64,000 bases of DNA from an uncultured virus (IMG/VR IMGVR_UViG_3300028888_000090) (IMGVR_UViG_3300028888_000090), one strand, 5' to 3'. Positions 18,823 to 28,150 are shown, counted from the stretch's first letter. Numbers and translations: made by a program. Notes: generated by a model not told the origin, from the letters alone.

Positions 18823-19320
18823 ATGATTGATTTAAGTTGTTTTAAAGATTGTTTTTTAGAAACAAGTGTTTTTGGTTTAGAATATGCTAAAAATAAAATC
18901 AAAGAAATAGGTTTTAACAATTGGTTTGAAATACAACTTAAAAACTTTCTTGATTGTAGTAAAACTTCTTCTGATGGACGTCGTATGGTTCAAACTAATC
19001 TTCGACAATACAAATCTGAAATTACTATTACTATAAATATGATAGAATCGTATGCTGAAAATAAAGAGTATTATTATGAAAAACTTGTGTCACAACATAA
19101 TTCTAATCTAGAATTTGAAGCAATTAATAGTCTAGCTTATGATGTTAATAGTTTTAATAAAAAGAAAACTGCAACAAAAAGAATTAAAAAAGAACCTATT
19201 CTTTTTGATAATAAACCTAAGAAAGAAACTGCTGCAGAACGTAAACTTAAAGCACATATTGCTAAAATTAATTCATTAAACATTACAATAAAACCTGTAA
19301 GAAATGACAACACTGTATAA
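18823..19320 (+). CDS. hypothetical protein
   Basis: ATG ORF in operon. Confidence 0.7.
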   Translation: MIDLSCFKDCFLETSVFGLEYAKNKIKEIGFNNWFEIQLKNFLDCSKTSSDGRRMVQTNLRQYKSEITITINMIESYAENKEYYYEKLVSQHNSNLEFEAINSLAYDVNSFNKKKTATKRIKKEPILFDNKPKKETAAERKLKAHIAKINSLNITIKPVRNDNTV

Positions 19321-20500
19321 AAGAAATGCTCAAGGTAAACCTATATTTTGGGATATAGACCATGATGCTTTTGGGTATATAATCATCAATCATGGACTTG
19401 TTGGAAAAGTAGGTCATAAAGAAGTTATAAAATCTACTAGAAAAATTGGTCCTGAAATTATATCTATGATTAATGCTAAACGTAAAGAAGGTTATAAAGA
19501 ATTAATCGATCTTTATGATAATGCTCCAAAAGATTTAACTGGTGAAAGTTTACGACAATATTTGAATCTTCATCTACCTAAATATAATACACACGAAGAT
19601 GGAAAATTTATTCCTATGCTTTGTAAAACTCTTCAAGATAATAAACCATTTGAAAAAGGTAGTTACTTTGGTCAATGGAAAATTAATGGAGAAAGGTGTA
19701 TTATAACTGCTACCAGAGGCAATGATTTATTTCAGACTATTAAACTCTTTTATCGTAGTAGAGAAGGAGTTGATTGGACTGATAAATTAAGCTATCTAGA
19801 TGAATACTTGCTCCCCTGTATAGAAGGTGACATATTGGATATGATGATTGAAGAAGGTGTTGGTCTTGATGGAGAACTTTATCTTCCTGGTTATTCTATT
19901 AATGAAATTAATAGTTTTATCAAGAATGTAGAAGTGCCTCAGCATTATAAACTTCAATATTGGTGTTATGATTTATGTATTGAAAATATGAGTGCTGTTA
20001 ATAGAGCTATTGAGCTTTATAAACTTCATAAGTATAGACCTAATATTAAAACTAAAGAAGATCATTTATCCAACAAATCTCCTTTTGTAGTACTTCCTAA
20101 TGAAGGTATATTTGGTATTAAAAGTGCTATCGATGCACGAGATAGATATATTGATTTAGGATTTGAAGGTCTTGTTATTAGAGAAGAATCTGCTGAATAT
20201 CAATTTGGAGGTAAGCGTAATAATTCTATGCTTAAGTTTAAAAAGAAACTTGATGGTTTATTTACAATTATAGCAATTAATGAAGATAAACGTGGACTTC
20301 CAGTGTTTACTCTTAAAAATGATATTAATGATGAAACTTTTGATGCTACTTTAAATGCTACTCAAGAAGACCAAAAGCGTTGGCTATATCTAAATCCTGA
20401 GGCTTATGGTACTATTAAAGCACTTGTTGAATATAGAGAAAGAAGTGGTGTTAAAGAAGTTCCTTTTCATGCTAAAATAATTAAATTATCAGATAAATGA
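19304..20500 (+). CDS. ATP-dependent DNA ligase
   Basis: Motif I QWKINGERC, III GLDGELY, IIIa YWCYD, IV FEGLVIR, V MLKFKK. Confidence 0.9.
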   Translation: MTTLYKRNAQGKPIFWDIDHDAFGYIIINHGLVGKVGHKEVIKSTRKIGPEIISMINAKRKEGYKELIDLYDNAPKDLTGESLRQYLNLHLPKYNTHEDGKFIPMLCKTLQDNKPFEKGSYFGQWKINGERCIITATRGNDLFQTIKLFYRSREGVDWTDKLSYLDEYLLPCIEGDILDMMIEEGVGLDGELYLPGYSINEINSFIKNVEVPQHYKLQYWCYDLCIENMSAVNRAIELYKLHKYRPNIKTKEDHLSNKSPFVVLPNEGIFGIKSAIDARDRYIDLGFEGLVIREESAEYQFGGKRNNSMLKFKKKLDGLFTIIAINEDKRGLPVFTLKNDINDETFDATLNATQEDQKRWLYLNPEAYGTIKALVEYRERSGVKEVPFHAKIIKLSDK

Positions 20501-20853
20501 ATCTTAATGCTTACGATGACATTACAGAAAAAGTAGATAAAACAAAAACTTGGATTGATGTAGATAAACATCTTCTTCTTAGTAGAGAAATTAAATTTAG
20601 AAAATATTATGTTTTAAGTAAAAGATATAATCCTGAATTAAAAGTATATGAATATTATATTATTCTTATTGATTACAAACCTATAGACAGACCTTCTTAT
20701 AATACTAGAAGAGATGATTATGGAAGAGTTAAAATAAGATTGCATGATTTATATACTGATTCTGATTTACAATATCTTGAACATGATACTAATATTTCTA
20801 TTAAACATATTGAAAGTGAAGATGATGGTGATGTATATCAATTAGATATTTGA
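20497..20853 (+). CDS. hypothetical protein
   Basis: ATGA-coupled to the ligase. Confidence 0.75.
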   Translation: MNLNAYDDITEKVDKTKTWIDVDKHLLLSREIKFRKYYVLSKRYNPELKVYEYYIILIDYKPIDRPSYNTRRDDYGRVKIRLHDLYTDSDLQYLEHDTNISIKHIESEDDGDVYQLDI

Positions 20854-20880
20854 TTGGTTGTGGTAGAATGGATTGGAATT

Positions 20881-20925
20881 TGCCCATAGATGAGCCATAG
20901 AGCTTGTCTGTGGGCATTTCTTTTT
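20881..20925 (+). terminator. hairpin terminator overlapping tripartite element copy 2
   Basis: TGCCCATAGATGAGC pairs with GCTTGTCTGTGGGCA, followed by TTTCTTTTT. Confidence 0.7.
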
Positions 20926-20970
20926 GTCGGAATATAATTATACCATTTCAATCTTAATAGCCTTAAATCG
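20881..20970. promoter_or_regulatory. tripartite fixed-spacing element, copy 2
   Basis: TGCCC 20881, TATAATTAT 20933, AAATCG 20965. Confidence 0.65.
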
Positions 20971-20993
20971 CAAATTAAAAAATAAAAGAAAAA

Positions 20994-21025
20994 CTTGGAT
21001 AATCCAAATAAAATTAGTATTTTTG
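20994..21025 (+). promoter_or_regulatory. possible Bacteroidota-type promoter
   Basis: CTTG-N20-TATTTTTG just before ATG 21029. Confidence 0.45.
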
Positions 21026-21028
21026 CTT

Positions 21029-21265
21029 ATGAAAATAGAAAATAAATTTAATGTTGGTGATGAAGTTATGTTTATTTGTAATAATAAAATTAAAATAGGA
21101 CACATTGATGGTATAAAAGTTATGATAAGTAAACATAAAACTAATATCCATTATTATGTATATGGTGCACCAATGGATGAAAATGAATTATTTTGTAACA
21201 AAGAAGAATTATTTAATACAATAGAAAAACAATTAGCAAATGCCAACTCACAAAAAACTTTATAA
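21029..21265 (+). CDS. hypothetical protein
   Basis: MKIENKFNVGDEVMF; ATG within ORF 20924..21265. Confidence 0.65.
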   Translation: MKIENKFNVGDEVMFICNNKIKIGHIDGIKVMISKHKTNIHYYVYGAPMDENELFCNKEELFNTIEKQLANANSQKTL

Positions 21266-21398
21266 ATATATGTCTAACGGTGTTGTCCGTGAAGTATATT
21301 GTACTTACATTGATTATCTTTTTCTTAAACTTTATTATGATGATAACGGTTTAAGCGAAGAAGAGTATAAATATTTTAAAGAACATCAATTTGATTAA
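21240..21398 (+). CDS. small hypothetical protein (52 aa)
   Basis: Read manually; fills the gap between neighbours. Confidence 0.45.
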   Translation: MPTHKKLYKYMSNGVVREVYCTYIDYLFLKLYYDDNGLSEEEYKYFKEHQFD

Positions 21399-21615
21399 GC
21401 TTATGAATAATATAATAGATTGTATTTGTAGAAATCTACCTCACAGTGAAGTTCGTGTCACAAGTCCAACACTTATAAAAGACCAAGAATTTGTAGTTAT
21501 AGGTGTTGATTGTTTTGATACAGATATTCCTATTGTATTAACTAAAAAACTAGACACTAAAAGTCAGTTTCATATACCTTATAATCTTATAGATAAAATA
21601 ATTGTAATTCCTTAA
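21391..21615 (+). CDS. hypothetical protein
   Basis: ORF track; start uncertain. Confidence 0.6.
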   Translation: MIKLMNNIIDCICRNLPHSEVRVTSPTLIKDQEFVVIGVDCFDTDIPIVLTKKLDTKSQFHIPYNLIDKIIVIP

Positions 21616-21626
21616 TTTTAACAAAT

Positions 21627-22598
21627 ATGAAAATAATACATCCTTATGTTGATTTAATTCAACAAGAACCTGGTTTCGATGGTATAATGAAACATATTGA
21701 AAGATGTGGTAGAACTTGTTATAAATCTGAAGATAAAATAACAGATGATTCTGCTGATACTTTTGTAGCTAATCTTATTAAGAATAAACATTATGCTATG
21801 TTAGAACATGGTACTGTTTATTTAGCGTATAAAACTAAATGGTTAGGTGATGATTTTGTTGATAAATATAAAAACAACCATTATTCCGTTGTTAAATTTG
21901 TAGATTGTAGTAAAAAAGATAAAACACCAGATGGTTGGGTTCAACGTGTGTTTTACATTACAACTAATTATAGAGTTCTTGAAGAAAATGGTTGGTTAGA
22001 TGATTTACAATACATTTGTGAACCTACTGAATTTCACGTTCCAAGAATTACTCTTAAATTTATAACTAATATTGGAGTAACTCGTGAGGGAAATCGTATG
22101 CGGGCAAATAGTATTGCTGAAGAAAGTACTAGATATTGTAATTATACTAAAGATAAATTTGGTGGAGAATTAAATATTGTTCCACCTGTTTGGATGTCTG
22201 ATGAAGATAGTGAATATGCTATTAAACATTGGGATCAAGACCAATGGCTAACATATTTATGTGATACTCTTGACACAAGAAATCCTGATTTCTTTAATTG
22301 TGATGCTATTGATTGGTATGGTATGGCTATTGCTTTTGCTGAAATAGCTTATACGCAATTAATTCGTCTTGGTTGGACACCTCAACAAGCTAGAGAAGTT
22401 CTTCCTTTAGCAACTAAATCTGAAGTTGTTTATACTGCTTTTCCTCATCAATGGAAACACTTCTTTGATTTAAGACTCTTTGGCACTACAGGTAAACCTC
22501 ATCCTAATATGCAAGAGATTGCTGAACTTGCACAAGGAGTTCTTGAAGAAAATAATTTGTGGGAATTAATTTATCCAAATACTGATAAAATTCAATAG
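21627..22598 (+). CDS. thyX: flavin-dependent thymidylate synthase
   Basis: GRTCYKS, HYAMLEHG, REGNRMRANSIAEESTRYC, QQAREVLP, FFDLR. Confidence 0.88.
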   Translation: MKIIHPYVDLIQQEPGFDGIMKHIERCGRTCYKSEDKITDDSADTFVANLIKNKHYAMLEHGTVYLAYKTKWLGDDFVDKYKNNHYSVVKFVDCSKKDKTPDGWVQRVFYITTNYRVLEENGWLDDLQYICEPTEFHVPRITLKFITNIGVTREGNRMRANSIAEESTRYCNYTKDKFGGELNIVPPVWMSDEDSEYAIKHWDQDQWLTYLCDTLDTRNPDFFNCDAIDWYGMAIAFAEIAYTQLIRLGWTPQQAREVLPLATKSEVVYTAFPHQWKHFFDLRLFGTTGKPHPNMQEIAELAQGVLEENNLWELIYPNTDKIQ

Positions 22599-22600
22599 TT

Positions 22601-22930
22601 ATGAGTAACGTAATGTATAAAAAAGTAGTTCTTCCTAGTGGAAGAAAAAAGTATGTACCAGTTGGTGTATATGAAAGAGAATTACCTACTGGTATATATT
22701 TTGTAGATATAAGAAAAAATACTAAAAGTACTAGTTCTTGTTCTTATCTTGGAGAACTTTATAAAATTGGTGACCCCAAAGTAATTGATTTAACTGAAAT
22801 TTGTGGTATGCAACAATTAGCTGAAAAAGTTATGGAAACAAAAGAATTTAGAGAACTTATCAGTAAAAGATATAGTATATCAGAAATAGTAGCTAAAGTA
22901 ATAGCAATCATTAATAATTTTAATAAATAA
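22601..22930 (+). CDS. hypothetical protein
   Basis: ATG ORF in operon. Confidence 0.7.
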   Translation: MSNVMYKKVVLPSGRKKYVPVGVYERELPTGIYFVDIRKNTKSTSSCSYLGELYKIGDPKVIDLTEICGMQQLAEKVMETKEFRELISKRYSISEIVAKVIAIINNFNK

Positions 22931-22935
22931 TTATT

Positions 22936-23115
22936 ATGGATGCAGTATATCTTTATGTACTTGATTATAATTTGTGTCAAATACATTGTATTCATCTTGA
23001 TAATGATGATCTCTATGTTGATACAGAAGCACTATTAGAACATTACGGCTTTAATGCTGACGAATGTGAAGCAATGTATTCCGGTGTTGAACTGGAAATT
23101 AATCATATTTATTAA
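22936..23115 (+). CDS. small acidic hypothetical protein (59 aa)
   Basis: Read manually; ATG after AT-rich leader, fills the operon gap. Confidence 0.55.
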   Translation: MDAVYLYVLDYNLCQIHCIHLDNDDLYVDTEALLEHYGFNADECEAMYSGVELEINHIY

Positions 23116-23130
23116 CTTAACTTTTAAATT

Positions 23131-23475
23131 ATGGCTGAATTAACATTTAGTGTTGCAGATGGAATCTGTACTGATGAAGTAAAAAATTTCATCATTGAAA
23201 CCCATCGATGTGTTGACCTTTATGCTAAAAAGAATCACGATTATGGTAATTCTTTTGATAAAGGTATGAGTACTATTGGTATGGCTTATGGTGTTGGACG
23301 ATTATATGACAAGATGAATCGTCTAATTACATTGAGTAATCCTAATCAAAAGCAACAAGTTAATGATGAAAGTATTGATGATACTTTGAGAGATTTAGCT
23401 TGTTATTCTATTATGATGCTTGCTTATCGTAAGAAAGAAATTGAAAATAAACAAAAACAAATTAATTTTGAATAG
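23131..23475 (+). CDS. DUF1599 / nucleotide-modification-associated domain protein
   Basis: KKNHDYGNSF, RLYDKMNRL, ESIDDTLRDLACYSIM. Confidence 0.8.
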   Translation: MAELTFSVADGICTDEVKNFIIETHRCVDLYAKKNHDYGNSFDKGMSTIGMAYGVGRLYDKMNRLITLSNPNQKQQVNDESIDDTLRDLACYSIMMLAYRKKEIENKQKQINFE

Positions 23476-23477
23476 TT

Positions 23478-23756
23478 ATGATTTACATTACAATTATTTT
23501 AGTTGCTATTGTTATAGCAGGTTGTGTATTAGGATATAAATATATTGATGTTAAATTTAATCCTGATATGTATGAACAAGTAGATGTTACAAATGTAACT
23601 CGTATTATAAACAATACTTTAAACAGATGCCACAAGTATGAAATTACTAATGGAGATGATAAATATAAATATTCTATAAATGAACTAGAAGTAGAACGTA
23701 TAATGCGTGATATAGCTTATTCATTAAACATAATGGTAGAAGAAGATTATGAGTAA
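23478..23756 (+). CDS. hypothetical protein with N-terminal membrane anchor
   Basis: MIYITIILVAIVIAGCVLGY. Confidence 0.7.
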   Translation: MIYITIILVAIVIAGCVLGYKYIDVKFNPDMYEQVDVTNVTRIINNTLNRCHKYEITNGDDKYKYSINELEVERIMRDIAYSLNIMVEEDYE

Positions 23757-24489
23757 TATATTTGAATTACAACAAGAATTGCTTGACCTTTTTGATGAAG
23801 TTGAGCAAAATTATGGAGAGCTTACACCAGAATTAGAAGAAAAACTTGCAATAACTCAAGATGAATTTTTAGAAAAAGTAGAAAAATATACTTGTGTAAT
23901 TAAAGATTTAAATATTGAGATGGCAGGTATTAAAGAAGAACAAGCAAGACTTAAAGCATTATATGATAGAAAAGAGAAAACTGTAAATAATCTTAAAAAG
24001 ATTATTATAAATGCAGTTAATCAATTTGGTGCTACTAAGAAATCTGGTGTTAAATATCTTAATTATGGTTTAGGTGAAGTATCTGTTCGTAAATCTGAAG
24101 CTGTAGAGATTAATGATGATCTTGTTAAAGCAGTTGAAATGGAACTTATTGATGCTGCAACATTTAATAAAGAGATAAATCAACTTGATTGTTCAGATCA
24201 TGTGGATCTTACAAGTTTTGTTAAAAAATATAGCAATGATAATAATGTTGCTATTACAACTTCTGAGTTAAATAATGTTGATGTTAATCTTTCTGTCACC
24301 ATTCCTATATCTGATTTATCAAAAGGTGATGGTTATCCTGCGTTAAAAGAAATAGTAAGATATTCGGATACCTATAAATTATCTACTAGTGTTTCTAAAT
24401 CTGCTCTTAAACCTAAACTTAAAGAAAATGGTGCTTGTGCACCTAATCTTGCTAAACTTGTTCAAAATGAATCTTTAATTATTAAATAA
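23749..24489 (+). CDS. siphovirus Gp157-like coiled-coil protein
   Basis: MSNIFELQQE..ELTPE..EKVEKY..IKEEQARLKAL..NLKK..VSVRKSEAVEI. Confidence 0.75.
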   Translation: MSNIFELQQELLDLFDEVEQNYGELTPELEEKLAITQDEFLEKVEKYTCVIKDLNIEMAGIKEEQARLKALYDRKEKTVNNLKKIIINAVNQFGATKKSGVKYLNYGLGEVSVRKSEAVEINDDLVKAVEMELIDAATFNKEINQLDCSDHVDLTSFVKKYSNDNNVAITTSELNNVDVNLSVTIPISDLSKGDGYPALKEIVRYSDTYKLSTSVSKSALKPKLKENGACAPNLAKLVQNESLIIK

Positions 24490-24495
24490 ATTATT

Positions 24496-25584
24496 ATGGC
24501 TAGATATACTGCAAATGGTCTGCCTTGGTCTCATGGTCTAGGTAAAGACGTAAAAGATTGTACAACTGCTCACGAAGTTATGCATAAAGCAGGACTAGAT
24601 TGGGCTGTTAAGAAATGTGAACTTGTTGCTCAAATGCCTTTTATGGTTGGAGCAGATAATCGTCTAACAGATATTGATATTCGTAATGGTGCATTTTCTA
24701 GGGAAGGTTTCATTTATAGAAATCTTCCTGAAGCTTATGCTACTTATCGTACGGATAAGAATATTCCGTTAGGTCTTGTCAAATCTAAATATGAAGTTGT
24801 CCAAAATATGGATGCTTTTAATTTCTTTGATGAAGCTATTGGAATTGATAGTTGTCAGTGGGAATCTGCTGGTGCTATGGGATACGGTCATAAGATTTTT
24901 GTAACTGCTAAAGTTTCTCTTACAACAGAGATTAATCTTAATGGAACTAAAGATCCTATTGAACATTATCTTGTGTTTAGTAATTCTCATGATGGTAGTA
25001 GTAGTTTAACTATTATGTTTACTCCTGTTAGAGTGTTTTGTACTAATTGTTTGAACGCAGGTCTTGATAGAGCTGATAGTTATATTAGGATTAGACACAC
25101 TCAATCATTAAACACTAAACTTCATCAAGGTGCTGAAGTACTTCATCTCGCTTGTGAAAGAGCTAAAGATGCTCAACAACTTTATCAAGCCCTTTATACT
25201 ATCAAAATGAAAGATGAAGAAGTACTTAAATATCTTGCTGATTTAAATCTTACTGAACAAGAAAGACTTCTTCTTAACGAATATGATTCTACTCTTGGTT
25301 ATAAACGTCTTGTTAATAGAGATTATATGACTCTTGAAAAAACTGGTATTTCTACTCGTAAAGCTAATATGATTCAAAACATGTTTGAATATTATATGGA
25401 TGGTATTGGTCAACAACAGATTGCTGGTACTGCTTGGGGTGCTTATAATGCTGTTACTGGATTTTATGCTAACGTTGCTAATCTAGAAGGTCAGAAACGT
25501 ATGGAAAGTCTTTTGTATGGTAATGCTCAAAATGTTATGCAAAAGAGTATTATAGCTGCATATAATATTGCTAAAGCTGCATAA
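24496..25584 (+). CDS. DUF932/DUF945 family protein
   Basis: AGLDWAV, LGLVKSKYEVVQN, NSHDGSSS, TPVRVFCTN, IRHT, GTAWGAYNAVT. Confidence 0.85.
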   Translation: MARYTANGLPWSHGLGKDVKDCTTAHEVMHKAGLDWAVKKCELVAQMPFMVGADNRLTDIDIRNGAFSREGFIYRNLPEAYATYRTDKNIPLGLVKSKYEVVQNMDAFNFFDEAIGIDSCQWESAGAMGYGHKIFVTAKVSLTTEINLNGTKDPIEHYLVFSNSHDGSSSLTIMFTPVRVFCTNCLNAGLDRADSYIRIRHTQSLNTKLHQGAEVLHLACERAKDAQQLYQALYTIKMKDEEVLKYLADLNLTEQERLLLNEYDSTLGYKRLVNRDYMTLEKTGISTRKANMIQNMFEYYMDGIGQQQIAGTAWGAYNAVTGFYANVANLEGQKRMESLLYGNAQNVMQKSIIAAYNIAKAA

Positions 25585-25590
25585 AATAAA

Positions 25591-25791
25591 ATGCTAAAAA
25601 TTACAAATATGATTGCTTGTATCATTATATTACTATTAATGACTTCTGAATTAACAGTGGAACTTGTTAAACATGGACAGCTTAGAGAAGGAATTAATGC
25701 TAGATATAATTTTTGGATAGCTTTAATTTCTTATGCTATTCAAATTGTATTATTTTATTTTGCTGGTCTATTTGATTGTTTTAGTAAATAA
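25591..25791 (+). CDS. small two-TM membrane protein
   Basis: Two hydrophobic segments. Confidence 0.65.
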   Translation: MLKITNMIACIIILLLMTSELTVELVKHGQLREGINARYNFWIALISYAIQIVLFYFAGLFDCFSK

Positions 25792-25793
25792 CA

Positions 25794-25906
25794 AAATATC
25801 ACACTCTTTTCTACGGGGGAGGTTTGTTCTGTCATAAATTCAATTGGTTGTAATATTGTTCATTAAGTTTGTTATACCTCCCCTGTAGAAGGAATGTGTG
25901 ATATTT
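25794..25906. repeat. about 30-bp imperfect inverted repeat built on the TTCTACRGGGG motif
   Basis: AAATATCACACTCTTTTCTACGGGGGAGGT and ACCTCCCCTGTAGAAGGAATGTGTGATATTT, 52-nt spacer. Confidence 0.9.
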
Positions 25907-25946
25907 ATGTTATTACTCCTATTATTGCTAAAAAATTATAAATAAT

Positions 25947-25977
25947 TTTGCATATTACAAATATTGTTATATATTTG
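25947..25977 (+). promoter_or_regulatory. Bacteroidota-type housekeeping promoter
   Basis: Consensus TTTG-N19-TATATTTG upstream of the dUTPase gene. Confidence 0.75.
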
Positions 25978-26019
25978 CCTATACAATTAACTTATATAAA
26001 TAATCAAAATCCTTTTATT

Positions 26020-26484
26020 ATGAGTGATGGAAATAATATTGGAAAACGCCTTCCTATTCCAATTAGAATTAAAAAATTGAATGTTAATGCAGTTATTCCA
26101 AAGTATGCTAAACCTGGTGATGCTTGTGTTGATTTAGTAGCAACATCTTTACTTTATGATGAGGTTAAAGGTTTTATATATGGCACAGGTCTTGCTATGG
26201 AAATCCCAGAAGGTTGGGTTGGTAGAATTTATCCTCGTAGTTCTAATTGTAAAACTGAAGCTTATTTAACAAATAGTGTTGGCAATGTAGATTCTGGATA
26301 TAGAGGAGAAGTTATGGTTGTGTATAAAAATACTGATCAAACTCTTTCTAATCCTCCTTATAAAGTCGGTGATAGAATTGCTCAATTTTGTATTGAAAAA
26401 GTAACGCCTATACACTTTATTGAAGTTGATGAACTTTCTAAAACAGAAAGAGGAGAAGGTGGCTATGGAAGCACAGGAAAATAA
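26020..26484 (+). CDS. dut: trimeric dUTPase
   Basis: ACVDL, YPRSS, GNVDSGYRGE, GDRIAQ, RGEGGYGSTG. Confidence 0.95.
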   Translation: MSDGNNIGKRLPIPIRIKKLNVNAVIPKYAKPGDACVDLVATSLLYDEVKGFIYGTGLAMEIPEGWVGRIYPRSSNCKTEAYLTNSVGNVDSGYRGEVMVVYKNTDQTLSNPPYKVGDRIAQFCIEKVTPIHFIEVDELSKTERGEGGYGSTGK

Positions 26485-26692
26485 TGAAGATGTAAGAAAA
26501 GCTACGATTAAACATTTAGTTGAAGAAGCTAAAAAAGAAAAAAGTAGTGATATCATTATAACAAGATATAAAAGAGAAGTTGATAATTTACATAGAGCTT
26601 TAAGTCGTCTTCAAAAAGATAAAGAACAATTACTTGCTGAGAATATTAGACTTAAAGAACTTCTAAACAAAATAGATAAAATGCTAACTTAA
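26465..26692 (+). CDS. coiled-coil hypothetical protein
   Basis: ATG 26465 within ORF 26420..26692. Confidence 0.6.
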   Translation: MEAQENNEDVRKATIKHLVEEAKKEKSSDIIITRYKREVDNLHRALSRLQKDKEQLLAENIRLKELLNKIDKMLT

Positions 26693-26702
26693 TAATGTTA
26701 TT

Positions 26703-27143
26703 ATGAAACCTTTTGATTTGTTTATAGTAGAATGTGATAGACCGTCCATGTCTTTCGATTATATCGCAGAAGAAATTGAAAGACAATTTGGTGATTATAT
26801 TAATATTACTTTTTTAACTAAAGACGATAATTCTTGTTTTTGTAGAAACTTTGTTCCTGGTAGTATATCATTAATAACATACTTTTATGGTAGTGATTCT
26901 ATAAAAACTGGTTATCAAAAAGCTCAAACAGCAAATAATGGTATTTGTTTATTTTCTTATAATTTATCTTCTGAGTACAAACCTACTTTTGAACATGTAG
27001 ATTGTGAAGATGATATTATTGATAGAATTATAAATGCCTTTTATTCTGGAATTGCTATAGCTAAAGCAATGGATTATGATATTATTGGTGATGATTATAA
27101 ATTAATTACATCCAAATTTAGAGAAGTAAGAAATAACCTTTAA
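26703..27143 (+). CDS. hypothetical protein
   Basis: ATG ORF in operon. Confidence 0.7.
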   Translation: MKPFDLFIVECDRPSMSFDYIAEEIERQFGDYINITFLTKDDNSCFCRNFVPGSISLITYFYGSDSIKTGYQKAQTANNGICLFSYNLSSEYKPTFEHVDCEDDIIDRIINAFYSGIAIAKAMDYDIIGDDYKLITSKFREVRNNL

Positions 27144-27156
27144 ATTAATTAAAATT

Positions 27157-27465
27157 ATGGAAAATTACGTAAAAAGAATGGTAGAAGAACACTCGCAATT
27201 AGTAGTGAGAATTAACAAATTAGACAACTTTTTGTACGGCAATGGTGGTCTTAATGTTCATACTAATATTAAGAATAATAAAACACAAGAAGATTTATTT
27301 AGAAATATGATTGAATTTGCCAACAAGGCTATTCAACTTCGTTCTATGAAAACTTATCTTCTTGCTCTTGAAAGTCGCCTTAACAATGAAGGTATCTTTT
27401 ATGAAGATGGTGAATATCTTGAGAGAATTGCTAAAATTGTAAAAGATGGAAGCAACAAGGAATGA
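27157..27465 (+). CDS. conserved phage protein (crAss001_48-like pattern)
   Basis: YVKRMVEEHSQL..RINKLDNF..QLRSMKTYLLALESR. Confidence 0.65.
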   Translation: MENYVKRMVEEHSQLVVRINKLDNFLYGNGGLNVHTNIKNNKTQEDLFRNMIEFANKAIQLRSMKTYLLALESRLNNEGIFYEDGEYLERIAKIVKDGSNKE

Positions 27466-27721
27466 TATTTATCTTTTTGTTACAGAAGGTTGTGAAGGTT
27501 GTAAAATAGCTAAAAATCTTATTAATAAAGCTATAGACCAAAGTGGTTTAACTATTTATTTAGAAGTTTTTGACAATAGTATATTTACATCCTTATCAAA
27601 ACTTTATAATGTTGATGATTTTCCAACAGCTATTTTTATTAAAAATGGTATGCCTGTTGGAAAGATAGTTGGAACAACAACTGTTGATGAAATAATTAAA
27701 GAAATAAATAGATGTTTTTGA
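27446..27721 (+). CDS. thioredoxin-like protein
   Basis: CEGC active site, YNVDDFPT cis-Pro motif, KNG..GKIVG. Confidence 0.85.
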   Translation: MEATRNDIYLFVTEGCEGCKIAKNLINKAIDQSGLTIYLEVFDNSIFTSLSKLYNVDDFPTAIFIKNGMPVGKIVGTTTVDEIIKEINRCF

Positions 27722-27787
27722 TATACTACTTGTTTTTTTTAACACGTAGTTGTTTTTACCCAAATTTTTTACATACATAGTGGATTG

Positions 27788-27830
27788 AGTACTCCTGATA
27801 GTAGAAATACTATTGGGAGTATTCTTTTTA
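27788..27830 (+). terminator. intrinsic terminator ending the + strand arm
   Basis: GAGTACTCCTGATAGTA-GAAA-TACTATTGGGAGTATTC then TTTTT. Confidence 0.8.
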
Positions 27831-27882
27831 TTGATAGTTGTAAATCGTCACCAACTTGGTGACGGATTGAAATGTGATAATA

Positions 27883-27972
27883 TGCCCGACAACCTATCCA
27901 GCATCTAATATTTGAAGAGATAATTATTTTTAGGTATAATTATTCATCTTTAATGATAAACGCCTAAAATCG
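27883..27972. promoter_or_regulatory. tripartite fixed-spacing element, copy 3
   Basis: TGCCC 27883, TATAATTAT 27935, AAATCG 27967. Confidence 0.65.
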
Positions 27973-28113
27973 GATTTCAAAAATTATAAAAACATAATAG
28001 ATAAATCTTCACCAAAAGTAGTACATTGTTTTTTAATAGGTTTGTCGATGTACTACAAAAGAAGGTTTATCTATTTTTTTTTATTTAATGGTTGTGACAA
28101 GTACGGTACATAT

Positions 28114-28150
28114 AATAAAAGAAGTGCTAGCATTTCTGCCAGCACTTCTT
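28114..28150 (-). terminator. intrinsic terminator of the - strand virion operon
   Basis: On the - strand AAGAAGTGCTGGCA-GAAA-TGCTAGCACTTCTT then TTATT, 44 nt after the RNAP stop. Confidence 0.8.

Noticed and set aside
19670..19700. Ligase motif I KING instead of KxDG as a sign of inactivity or an RNA ligase
   Set aside because: The catalytic Lys and the other DNA-ligase motifs are present; KxNG variants occur in nucleotidyltransferases
1147..27778. Minus-strand and alternative-frame ORFs inside the replication arm
   Set aside because: Fully overlap well-supported + strand genes and have no independent support
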